Of a stretch of 64,000 nucleotides of DNA, positions 1-8,900 are shown in pieces. Made by a program: the position numbers and the translations under genes. Within the stretch, counting starts at the first letter, position 1, and each line of letters begins with the position of its first letter. Source of the stretch: Candidatus Nomurabacteria bacterium (GTDB lineage: Bacteria; Patescibacteriota; Minisyncoccia; Phycocordibacterales; UBA9973); contig CP060230.1 of the NCBI GenBank assembly GCA_023898605.1, positions 67,944 through 131,943 of the forward strand, written 5' to 3'. The notes under the pieces are model-generated. The model did not search any database, had not been told where the DNA came from, and saw only the letters and a list, made by a program, of their open reading frames with translations.

Positions 1-1
1 A

Positions 2-508
2 AGAGATAGTCTAGATAATTCTCTAGGAACTCTTCTCAAGAAACTAGATACTCCTTCTGAAAAAAAACCTGATTTCAAAAAATCCAAAAAACCTTCTTTT
101 GTTTTAAAGAGCGATATTCAGAAAGGGCTGGACGAAAAGATAATTATAGAAAAAAAAGAAGAGAAACATATGAGTCTCGGTTCTCTAAAACAAAGACCTC
201 CAGAAGTAAAGTCTCCGAGTATAAAGTTTGATCCAAGCAAAGACGCTTCAGACGAGAAAAGAAATGCTCTCAAAGAAGCTCTTTCCAAGGTTTCTATAAC
301 TTCCAAGGTTTTTGTAGATAAAAAAGAGGAGAAGAAAGAAGAAATCCCAGAAGCAAAGAAAAAGACTATAGAGGATTTCAACAAAAGTATAAGTAGTATC
401 AAAGAAGACGAGCCTACTAGAGTCATAGAAAAACCAAAAGAAACAAAGAAAGAACCAGAAAAAAACAAAATTTCACCTGAAGAATTATTAAAAATTTTTG
501 ATGAATAA
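2..508 (+). CDS. Lys/Glu-rich hypothetical protein, C-terminal part (5' end outside window)
   Basis: Frame 2 is open from the window edge to the TAA at 506-508. Composition is low-complexity KE-rich. The ATG at 170 listed in the ORF track is internal to this open frame. Confidence 0.5.
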   Translation, partial: RDSLDNSLGTLLKKLDTPSEKKPDFKKSKKPSFVLKSDIQKGLDEKIIIEKKEEKHMSLGSLKQRPPEVKSPSIKFDPSKDASDEKRNALKEALSKVSITSKVFVDKKEEKKEEIPEAKKKTIEDFNKSISSIKEDEPTRVIEKPKETKKEPEKNKISPEELLKIFDE

Positions 509-1970
509 AGTAGGCAAGATCACAATATTTGTTTTTATATTTTTGTTTTTTACACAAAGGGCGAGTGCGCTCGTTATAAACGAGGTCATGTATGATCTAG
601 ATGGAACTGACACAGATAGAGAGTGGATAGAGATTTACAATGACGGAGGTTCTAGCTTGGACATAGAGGGATACAAGTTTTTTGAAGCAAACAGTAATCA
701 TACTCTTACAATATATTCTGGTAGTTATGTTTTGCCAGCAGGGTCTTATGCTGTGATTTGTCAAAAACCAGAAACTTTTCTTTCTGATTGGCCGGGTTTT
801 ACTGGTACTCTTATAGATTCTAGTTTCTCTCTTTCCAACGAGTCTGGAGAGTATCTAGAGATAAGAGATTCCAACCTCGCTACGGTTGCAACTCTTTCTT
901 ATGATCCAAGTATTGGTGCCGCTGGTGATGGTAATTCGCTTAACCGCAATGGTTCGTCTTGGATAGCGGCTTCTCCGTCTCCTGGGTCTAGCAACAATAC
1001 TTCTTCTAATTCTAGTAACGACAATACTGACAACACAACTACTACCACAACTACAACAGCTTCTTCTAGCTCCGGATCACCGACTTCTTCTGGAGAAACT
1101 GTACAGAAGCAATCTTCTTGGTCTATCACTTTTTCTATGCCGAGTTCCGGATATGTGGGTGACGAAATAGAGATAGAAGGGATTGTAAAAAATCTTTTTC
1201 TAGAAAGAATACGGTCAGGGTTTTTTTTCTGGAATATGGGAGATGGATCTGTGTATGAAGGAGAAAAACTTTCTGAGATAACACACACTTATAAATATCC
1301 AGGAGATTATATAATCGTTTTGGAGTATTGGAGAAATGGATCTTTTGAACCAGAAGTTATTGCTAGAAAAAATATAACTATAGAAAATAGTAGTATCAAG
1401 ATTTCTCCAATTTCTTCACCAAACGGAACAAGTATCAAGATAGAAAACTCTGGCAAGGGCGAGATAGATCTTGGTGGTTGGGAAGTTATGCTTGTCGGAA
1501 GTTCGTATATCTTGCCTAAGAATACTATAATCTTGCCATCAAAAACTATAACTCTTATGCCAGAGCAGACAGGATTTACCTTTGTCGGAAACTCTCTTTC
1601 TCTCATGGCGCCTGACCATACACTAGCTTCAACTTACAGTACTCAGCCCGTTACGAGTTATGCTTATAGTTCCGGGGGTGGGTCTACTGGGATTTCTAGA
1701 GCAGTTTCTTATGGTGGTGATAGTGATGTCGATGTGCTTCCTAGGGCATCATTTACCGATGAAGAATCTAGTAATCTTTCTGCAAACGTTATAGATTCTG
1801 GCATTTCTAAAAATACTTCCGTGTATGCGTTTTTTGTAATATTTCTTTTCTTGGTTTCTCTAGGATATTTGTATATAAGAAGAACGAGCTTTGCCAAAGC
1901 CGGAGAAGATATAGAAGACACGGCTCCAGAAGAAGAGGAAGACGGCTATGATTTCAAACTTCTAGAGTAA
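501..1970 (+). CDS. Secreted/surface protein with lamin-tail-domain (LTD) repeats, Thr/Ser-rich linker, C-terminal TM helix and acidic tail
   Basis: N-terminal signal peptide (KITIFVFIFLFF..ASA). The motif INEVMYDL..DREWIEIYN is LTD-like, and a second LTD-like block is GGWEVMLVGSSYILP. There is a poly-T/S linker and a C-terminal hydrophobic helix followed by EEEEDGYD. The first ATG is at 501; the track start at 498 is TTG. Confidence 0.6.
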   Translation: MNKVGKITIFVFIFLFFTQRASALVINEVMYDLDGTDTDREWIEIYNDGGSSLDIEGYKFFEANSNHTLTIYSGSYVLPAGSYAVICQKPETFLSDWPGFTGTLIDSSFSLSNESGEYLEIRDSNLATVATLSYDPSIGAAGDGNSLNRNGSSWIAASPSPGSSNNTSSNSSNDNTDNTTTTTTTTASSSSGSPTSSGETVQKQSSWSITFSMPSSGYVGDEIEIEGIVKNLFLERIRSGFFFWNMGDGSVYEGEKLSEITHTYKYPGDYIIVLEYWRNGSFEPEVIARKNITIENSSIKISPISSPNGTSIKIENSGKGEIDLGGWEVMLVGSSYILPKNTIILPSKTITLMPEQTGFTFVGNSLSLMAPDHTLASTYSTQPVTSYAYSSGGGSTGISRAVSYGGDSDVDVLPRASFTDEESSNLSANVIDSGISKNTSVYAFFVIFLFLVSLGYLYIRRTSFAKAGEDIEDTAPEEEEDGYDFKLLE

Positions 1971-1972
1971 AT

Positions 1973-2542
1973 CTAATTAGAAATTTTCTTCAATATAAGC
2001 GGTACTTTTTTGAAATCATTTATTAGAGTTTCTCTCATTCCTCCGTTATATAGTGCGGCTGCGGGGTGGTAAAGTGGCAAGAAATATTCTGTTTGTATAT
2101 TTTTGAATTTTTTGTGTATTAGTTTACCGTGAGCTTCCGATATTTTTAGTTCAGGAAAAAAGTCATTCATAGAGTGCCTCCCGAGAAAAATTATAAGTTT
2201 TGGTTTTATAAAGTTTAGCTCTCCCAGAAGCCACTCTCTGCACGCATCTTTTTCTTCTGGTAGAGGGTCGCGGTTATCTGGTGGGCGATACTTTACTATG
2301 TTTGTTATGTAGATATCTTCTCTTTTTAGTTTTGTCGTTTCTAGCATTTCTGACAAGAATTTGCCGGCAGCTCCTATAAAAGGCCTACCTTCCTGGTCTT
2401 CTTTTTTGCCAGGTGCTTCACCAATAAATACTATATCGGATTTCGGGTTTCCGTCTCCAAACACGGGCCTAGTTGCTGACTTTTTCAATTCACATTTTGA
2501 AGATTCGTGCCATTTTTGTTGGAGTTCTGATAGATTCGCCAT
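1973..2542 (-). CDS. Uracil-DNA glycosylase, family 4
   Basis: Motif GEAPGKKEDQEGRPFIGAAGKFL matches the family-4 UDG GEAPG..E..G.PF.G.AG.LL signature. Length of about 190 aa is typical. Confidence 0.8.
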   Translation of the reverse strand: MANLSELQQKWHESSKCELKKSATRPVFGDGNPKSDIVFIGEAPGKKEDQEGRPFIGAAGKFLSEMLETTKLKREDIYITNIVKYRPPDNRDPLPEEKDACREWLLGELNFIKPKLIIFLGRHSMNDFFPELKISEAHGKLIHKKFKNIQTEYFLPLYHPAAALYNGGMRETLINDFKKVPLILKKISN

Positions 2543-2583
2543 GCTTTTATTATACTTGTTTTTCTGATATAGTGCAGAGTGCT

Positions 2584-2883
2584 ATGTCAATCAAGAAATT
2601 TATAATGAAAAACGCCCTTAGGGCAAAAGGTGTTTCAAAAGAAGATGCTGAGAATTTTGCAAGCAAGATAGAGGGTAACCCAGAACTGATCGCCTCTATG
2701 AAAAAACTAGAAGAAAACAAAGAAGTAAAAGCACTTTTTGAGAAAATACAAAAAGAAATAGAAGAAAAGAAAAAAACCATGCCCGAGATGTATGCAACTG
2801 TTCAGGTTATGGGTAAATACAAACAAGAAGTCATGAAGCACAGAGATGAGCTCATGCCACTTTTTGAAATGATGAACAAGTAA
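2584..2883 (+). CDS. Hypothetical small Lys-rich helical protein
   Basis: ORF-track entry 2473..2883 overlaps the UDG gene by 70 bp. The internal ATG at 2584 (MSIKKFIMKN...) removes the overlap. No recognisable domain. Confidence 0.4.
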   Translation: MSIKKFIMKNALRAKGVSKEDAENFASKIEGNPELIASMKKLEENKEVKALFEKIQKEIEEKKKTMPEMYATVQVMGKYKQEVMKHRDELMPLFEMMNK

Positions 2884-2900
2884 AAAAGTCAAAAATCATA

Positions 2901-3272
2901 ATGCAAAACTCAAAAGTTAAATTCAAAACAGACTTAATTGAAAGAGCGTATGATTTTGGTTTAAAAGTTATATTTCTTTGTGACAAGTTACCGCAAAAAA
3001 GAAGTTCTTGGGTTATATCAGATCAAATAATAAGATCTGGCACATCTATCGGAGCAAACCTTGTTGAAGCAAAGTCCTCAAGTTCTAGATTGGAATTTAA
3101 AAGGTTTTACGAAATAGCCTTGAAAAGTGGGAACGAGTCTGTTTATTGGCTTAGACTTTTATTTGATGCAAGTTTAATAAACAAAAAAGATTTTGATTCA
3201 TTAAAAGAAGAGTTAGATGAAATAAATAAAATGGTCGCTAAAAGTGTTATTAGTTTGAAGAAAAAGTTATAA
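2901..3272 (+). CDS. Four-helix-bundle protein (23S rRNA intervening-sequence protein family)
   Basis: Sequence IIRSGTSIGANLVEAKSSSSRLEFKRFYEIALKSGNESVYWLRL matches the family hallmark GANIAEG..R.S..EF..FL.IA.GS..E.. Confidence 0.8.
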   Translation: MQNSKVKFKTDLIERAYDFGLKVIFLCDKLPQKRSSWVISDQIIRSGTSIGANLVEAKSSSSRLEFKRFYEIALKSGNESVYWLRLLFDASLINKKDFDSLKEELDEINKMVAKSVISLKKKL

Positions 3273-3321
3273 GTCATATTTGTACTTTTGACTTTTAAAT
3301 TTTAATTTTTAAATTATTATT

Positions 3322-4449
3322 ATGCTCAAGATAGGAATTGTTGGACTTCCCAATGTAGGTAAATCAACGCTTTTCAATGCGCTTACAAAAAAGTGTGTTC
3401 CGGCTGAGAATTATCCGTTTTGTACTATAGACCCATCTGTGGGTATTGTTCCTGTGCCAGATGAAAGAGTAGAACTACTTTCAAAGTTTTCTAATTCCGA
3501 GAAGTCTATACCGGCAGCGATAGAGTTTGTCGATATAGCAGGACTCGTAGAAGGTGCAAGCAAGGGAGAGGGCTTGGGAAATAAATTCCTGTCTCATATA
3601 AGAGAAGTAGATGCGATACTAGAAATGGTTAGACTTTTTCCCGCCTCCGCCAAGGCTACAGGCGGGCAAGCCCCTTCTGGCGATATTGTTCATGTCTATG
3701 GGAATATAGACCCACTCAGAGATATCAAGGTTATAAATCTAGAACTTATACTTGCTGATCTAGAAGTTGCAGAAAAAAGAATCGGAACTCTAGCAAGAGA
3801 TGTGAGAAGTGGCAACAAGGAAGCGATACTAGAAGAATCTATTTTGAAAAAAATAATCCCCGCTCTAGAATCAGAAAAGATGATAAACGAAATCGAGTTT
3901 GATGAGAAAGAGGCTGCAAAACTAAAAAGCATGAACTTTCTAACTTCCAAAAAGATAATTTATGGCCTCAACAAGAAAGCCGGTGCCAAAAACTTTGATG
4001 AGTCTGATCCAGAAAAGTTCAAAGAGTTTTGTGATTATATCGAGTCTTCAGGTGCTGGTTGGGTTCTACTCGATGCCAAGATAGAAGATGAACTCAAGGA
4101 TTTCGAGGGTTCAGAAAAAAACGAGATGAGAGAAGCTATGGGCGGAGATGATGATGGTGTGGACCATCTCATAAAAAGGTCTTATGAAATTCTAGGATTA
4201 GAAACATATCTAACAACTGGTCCAGATGAAACTCGTGCGTGGACTATCAAGAAGGGTAGTACTGCACCAGTTGCTGGTATGGCTATACATACAGATTTCA
4301 AAGACAAATTTATCCGTGCAGAAGTTGTCTTCTGGAAAGATCTACTTGATGCAGGTTCTTATGCTGAAGCTAGAGCAAAGGGAAAAGTTAGGACGGAAGG
4401 GAAAGACTATATCGTAAAAGACGGAGATGTGATTGAATTTAAAATATAA
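3322..4449 (+). CDS. ychF: Ribosome-binding ATPase YchF (Obg-like ATPase)
   Basis: N-terminus MLKIGIVGLPNVGKSTLFNALT with a P-loop, and a C-terminal TGS-like region. Confidence 0.9.
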   Translation: MLKIGIVGLPNVGKSTLFNALTKKCVPAENYPFCTIDPSVGIVPVPDERVELLSKFSNSEKSIPAAIEFVDIAGLVEGASKGEGLGNKFLSHIREVDAILEMVRLFPASAKATGGQAPSGDIVHVYGNIDPLRDIKVINLELILADLEVAEKRIGTLARDVRSGNKEAILEESILKKIIPALESEKMINEIEFDEKEAAKLKSMNFLTSKKIIYGLNKKAGAKNFDESDPEKFKEFCDYIESSGAGWVLLDAKIEDELKDFEGSEKNEMREAMGGDDDGVDHLIKRSYEILGLETYLTTGPDETRAWTIKKGSTAPVAGMAIHTDFKDKFIRAEVVFWKDLLDAGSYAEARAKGKVRTEGKDYIVKDGDVIEFKI

Positions 4450-4513
4450 AAATATTTTAAATTCAATCATCCTGAGCTTGTCGAATGGGTAATAGAATTC
4501 AAAATATAATTAA

Positions 4514-4543
4514 TTTGACATTAATACAATATTGTGTTAGTAT
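4514..4543 (+). promoter_or_regulatory. Sigma-70-like promoter TTGACA-N17-TAGTAT
   Basis: TTGACA at about 4515-4520, a 17-nt spacer and TAGTAT, about 60 nt upstream of the small ORF at 4604. The same -35/-10 pair recurs at 36810-36838. Confidence 0.45.
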
Positions 4544-4603
4544 GTAGAGAAACTAGGATTTTATTCTAACGCTGTCTAGTACAATCAAAAAAAAGGAGGC
4601 AAT

Positions 4604-4741
4604 ATGTTTTGGCATACTATTGGTCAATACCAGTACGAACATGATGCAAATGGGTACACGGGATGGTACCGTTGCGTCGGAGGTAAAATGGCCAACGGCC
4701 ACTGGCCCGAGTGGAATAACAGAACTGGAGCCACGCGGTAA
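4604..4741 (+). CDS. Small protein, 45 aa, aromatic/Gly/Asn-rich (MFWHTIGQYQYEHDANGYTGWYRCVGGKMANGHWPEWNNRTGATR)
   Basis: A perfect Shine-Dalgarno AAAGGAGG lies 7 nt upstream of the ATG. This is exceptional here, since other genes lack SD sequences. A promoter is upstream and two hairpin terminators are downstream. It is absent from the ORF track because it is shorter than 60 aa. Confidence 0.5.
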   Translation: MFWHTIGQYQYEHDANGYTGWYRCVGGKMANGHWPEWNNRTGATR

Positions 4742-4836
4742 AATCGCAAAAAATCAACACCCCATCTAGTAGCGAAAGCGAACGATGGGGTTTTGAACTT
4801 ATTAAGGTGGCAAGGTCATAGAATTCAAAATATAAT

Positions 4837-4863
4837 AAAACCCCGTTTTCACGGGGCTTTTTC
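4837..4863 (+). terminator. Rho-independent terminator
   Basis: CCCCG-TTTTCA-CGGGG stem-loop followed by CTTTTT. Confidence 0.6.
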
Positions 4864-4899
4864 TGTATTTGTTTTGTTTTTTTGATATAATGGAAATAC

Positions 4900-5202
4900 A
4901 TGCAAAAGTACGTAAAATATTCTCTTAAATTAGCATATAGTTTTGTTTTGTCAGTCGTATTTTCTTTTTGTTTATCTGCAAGTATACCTATGATCTTTGG
5001 TGACAATTTAAGAGATTTTTTTGATTTTCAGGATAAACCATATGGATATGTAGGATTGTTTCTGCTTACTATATCTAGTATTTTATTTTTTGTGTTATAC
5101 GAAAAAAATAATAGTATCTTTAGGTCATTTGAAAGAATAACAATACTTCTTATTTATTTTGTCATTTTATCCTCATTTTTTACAGCGAGTGTGCAATATT
5201 AA
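4900..5202 (+). CDS. Hypothetical small membrane protein
   Basis: Three predicted hydrophobic helices. No recognisable domain. Confidence 0.4.
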   Translation: MQKYVKYSLKLAYSFVLSVVFSFCLSASIPMIFGDNLRDFFDFQDKPYGYVGLFLLTISSILFFVLYEKNNSIFRSFERITILLIYFVILSSFFTASVQY

Positions 5203-5206
5203 ATAT

Positions 5207-5488
5207 ATGAAAACTATAGAAAAGATATACAAATTTATATACTCAGTCTTTCTTTCTCTACCAATTATTTTACTTATAAATGTAACTTTTATTCTTTTTT
5301 TTAAGAGAGCCTCTTTTTTTCATAGTTTTGCCACTATTGGCATAGCTATAGTTCTCTCTATACCTTTTACATTTTTGATATTCAGATCAGTTTTAAGAGA
5401 GCGAAGATTTATTTTGGTTGTAGAAAGGTCTATTATAGTTTTAGTATTCTTTTTTATTGCATTTATTTTTTCAAGATTAATTTTCTAG
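5207..5488 (+). CDS. Hypothetical small membrane protein
   Basis: Internal ATG (MKTIEKIYKF...) chosen to avoid overlap with the previous ORF. The product is hydrophobic. Confidence 0.35.
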   Translation: MKTIEKIYKFIYSVFLSLPIILLINVTFILFFKRASFFHSFATIGIAIVLSIPFTFLIFRSVLRERRFILVVERSIIVLVFFFIAFIFSRLIF

Positions 5489-5527
5489 ACAAAAATTAAT
5501 CTTTGTTTTATATAAATCAGTATCTCT

Positions 5528-5725
5528 TTACTCTTCAAAAATTCGGGGGATTTTTACTACAATTGATAGACATGGATCATCGAAATTATGGATAAGAAAT
5601 GGCGGAGACGCTCTCCCTTCACTTCTTTTGACAACGATACTCATATCATCATTTTTTTCAGGGATGAAAATCGTTGCCCCAGTCGGACAGGTATAGCATT
5701 TCTGCTTTTTGTTTTTTTCTGACAT
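5528..5725 (-). CDS. Small Cys-containing protein (CYTCPTGA motif), possibly ferredoxin-like
   Basis: 65 aa with three Cys. CPTGAI resembles the terminal motif of mono-cluster ferredoxins. Weak. Confidence 0.25.
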   Translation of the reverse strand: MSEKNKKQKCYTCPTGATIFIPEKNDDMSIVVKRSEGRASPPFLIHNFDDPCLSIVVKIPRIFEE

Positions 5726-5806
5726 AAGAAAGATCCAATTTAGTTATCACCATATTACATCATATAAACTATAGTGTCAAGTTGTAATATTTATCGAAAA
5801 ATATAC

Positions 5807-5822
5807 GTTTTTTTGCTATAAT
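5807..5822 (+). promoter_or_regulatory. Extended -10 promoter (TGCTATAAT) for the leuS leader
   Basis: TGnTATAAT at about 5812-5820, roughly 150 nt upstream of leuS. Confidence 0.35.
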
Positions 5823-5831
5823 CGAGGGACA

Positions 5832-5954
5832 ATGGAGGGGAAATATGACCATAAAAACATAGAAAAAAATGGCCCTCCTTCGCTTCTTCTTCGCCAAGTC
5901 TACGAAGAACAAGGCAAGGCTACGGCGGGCGCACAGATATATGCACTAAGGTGA
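5832..5954 (+). CDS. Candidate 40-aa leader peptide upstream of leuS containing Leu-Leu-Leu (CTT CTT CTT)
   Basis: ORF is MEGKYDHKNIEKNGPPSLLLRQVYEEQGKATAGAQIYALR and ends 17 nt before the leuS ATG. The triple-Leu codons sit inside a TTCTTCG/CGAAGAA hairpin. Confidence 0.25.
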   Translation: MEGKYDHKNIEKNGPPSLLLRQVYEEQGKATAGAQIYALR

Positions 5955-5970
5955 AATATTTAATTTAAGT

Positions 5971-8900
5971 ATGAATAACTATGATCACAAAGGAATAGAA
6001 CGTAAGTGGCAAGAGAGGTGGGAGAAAGACGGTATTTATACTGTTTCGGACAAGGAAGAAAACAAAGATAATTTCTATACTCTAGTAGAATTTACATATC
6101 CATCTGGAGATTTGCATGTTGGCCACTGGTACGCGTTTGCAGTGCCAGATATTTTCGCACGATATAAAAGGATGCAAGGATACAACTCACTTTATCCTAT
6201 GGGATTTGATGCGTTTGGACTACCAGCAGAAAATGCAGCGATAAAACTAGGCGCAGATCCAAAGGTTTGGACATATGAGCAGATGGACAAGATGCGTGGG
6301 CAATTCAAAACAATGGGAGCAAGTTTCGACTGGGATAGAGAGGTAGTTTCTTGCGACCCGAATTATTACAAATGGACACAGTGGATGTTCAACCAATTTC
6401 TAAAAAATGATTTGGTTTATCGCGATACTACCAAGGTAAACTGGTGTCCCAAAGACAAGACAGTTCTTGCCAATGAACAAGTTGTAGACGGCAAATGCGA
6501 GCGATGTGGAAGTGAAGTAGAGCAGAAGAACCAGGATCAGTGGATGATTCGTATTACAAAATATGCCGATAGATTGATAGACGATCTGGATATTCTAGAT
6601 TGGCCAGATGCGATAAAAGATGCACAAAAAGCATGGATAGGAAGAAGCGAAGGAAGTGAGATAAGTTTTTCTCTAAATTATGAAAAAGAAAAAGTAAAAA
6701 ATGAATATTTCAAGTTTAGACCAGAACTTGTTGAATTAATTGAAAAAGGTTTGAAGACAGCAACCTTTAGAATGGAAGCTAAAAATGTTTCTGTTGGCGA
6801 TATTGTTAGTTTGATTAATTGGTCAGATGGCAAAGAAAGTAATCAAAAAGAGTTTGATAAAGCTAAAATAATAAAAGTCTCGGAACATAAATTAGGAGAT
6901 TTGCCACTTGATTATCCTGGTCACGAAAAAGATTCTTCAGTAGAAAAAAGACTTGCAAGGTATCAAGAATACTATGGCGACCACATAACAAACGATTCAA
7001 CTGTTTATATATATGAATTTCTTCCTCTTTCAATTCGTGTTTTCACCACTCGCGCAGACACACTATTTGGCGTGACATATGTTGTACTTGCTCCAGAACA
7101 CCCACTAGTAAATAAACTTCTTGATCAAGTAGAGAACAAAGAAGAAGTAGAAAAGTATATAGAAGAAACAAAGAAAAAGTCAGAACTAGAAAGACAAATT
7201 GGTTCAAAAGATCCTTCGACTGGCTCAGGACTAGGAAAAACTGGCGTAGAATTAAAAGGTATAACTGCAATAAACCCAGCAAATGGTGAAGAAGTGCCAG
7301 TTTGGATTGCAGACTATGTGCTTGCTGGGTATGGTACAGGTGCTGTTATGGCGGTACCTGCTCACGATGAGCGAGATTTTGAATTTGCAAAGAAATATGG
7401 ATTAGATTCTAAAATAGTTATTGTGAATTCGACCGGAGAGTGTACAGACGATGCTATTTCAAGAAATGTTGTTAAATCTTTTATAGAAAAGGACGGAAAT
7501 GTATATTTAGTAAGAGATATAGGTCCAAGCGGAAAGTCTTACTGGTCACTTCCTGGTGGTGGATATGAAGATGCAGAAGACGATATCTCTGCACTTACAA
7601 GAGAAATCATGGAAGAAACTCCATTTCGAAATATAAAAATTGGACAATTCATAGGGGCATCAAGACATTGCTATGATTTCAAAGCTATAAAAAATTCACG
7701 TTTAACAAAAATATTTTACGCAAGTTATGATATTGAGAATAAAAATTCAAACCCTCAAGTTCCTGGAAACTGGTTTCCAAAAGATGAGGCAATAAGGATG
7801 CTTTTGGAAGATGGAATAATAATAGAAGGAAACATACTAAGTAACTACTTTGAAGGAAAAATTAATACAGATAATGGAATTTTGATAAATTCTGGAAATT
7901 TTAATGAAATAACTTCAGAAGAAGCTAAGAAAAAAATCACAGAATTTGTTGGAGGAAAAATGGTAAAGACTTACAGACTTCGTGACTGGGGAATAAGCCG
8001 CCAGAGATATTGGGGTTGTCCTATACCTATAGTTTACGATCCGGAAGGAAAAGCTCACGCGATCCCAGACGAACATTTGCCATGGATATTGCCGACAGAT
8101 GTAGATCATACTCCAGACGGAACACCACCTCTTGCAAGAAGCAAAGAGCTTTTTGAACGAACAGAAAAAATATTTGGCGAAGGTTGGAAGCCAGAAGTAG
8201 AAACAATGGATACATTTGTAGATTCTTCTTGGTATTTCTATAGATACTTAGATAACAAAAACGAAAAAGAATTTGCATCGATAGATAGTATGGATGCATG
8301 GATGCCGATAGATATGTACATGGGAGGAGCAGAGCATACAACTATGCACTTACTATATTCACGATTCTGGACAAAAGCTCTTTATGATCTCGGACTAGTA
8401 AAAGATAACGAGGCATATAAGATGAGACGAAACAGAGGGCTTATACTTGGTCCAGATGGAAACAAGATGAGTAAATCAAAAGGAAACGTCATAAATCCAG
8501 ACGAAGTTGTAGATAGGCTTGGTGCAGATACGGTGCGATTGTACCTTTGTTTTATGGGGCCATACGGAGTGACTGTAAACTATCCGTGGGATCCAAACGG
8601 GGTTGTAGGTGTGAGAAGATTTCTAGAAAGAGTTTGGAAATTGAAAGAAAAAATAGATCCAGAGAAAAAAGTTTGTCGTACAGACCCACTTGTACACAAA
8701 ACAATCAAAGGCGTCACGAGTGACATGGAAGAGTTCAAGTTTAACACTGCTATATCCAAGATGATGATACTATCCAACGCTTTGGAAGGAGAGGATAAGA
8801 TAGTAGAAGCTTCTTATAAAGCCCTGCTTCGTCTTCTTTCACCATTTGCACCACACATAACAGAAGAGTTATGGCAATCTTTTGGACATTCTTCGTCAGG

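Noticed and set aside
899-1288. Antisense ORFs inside the LTD-protein, leuS, valS, tsaD, obg, ctpA and other genes (899-1288, 7043-7282, 20012-20961, 22740-23187, 43930-44424, 53291-53713 and similar)
   Set aside because: All lie wholly inside well-supported genes on the other strand and show low-complexity translations.
4617-5006. 129-aa minus-strand ORF
   Set aside because: It overlaps the promoter, SD-ORF and terminator cassette and the next gene's start. It has no motifs and an odd composition, so it is likely spurious.
5726-5970. T-box riboswitch upstream of leuS
   Set aside because: No T-box consensus (AATTAGGGTGGTACCGCG) and no specifier-loop architecture. The leader-peptide alternative was kept instead.
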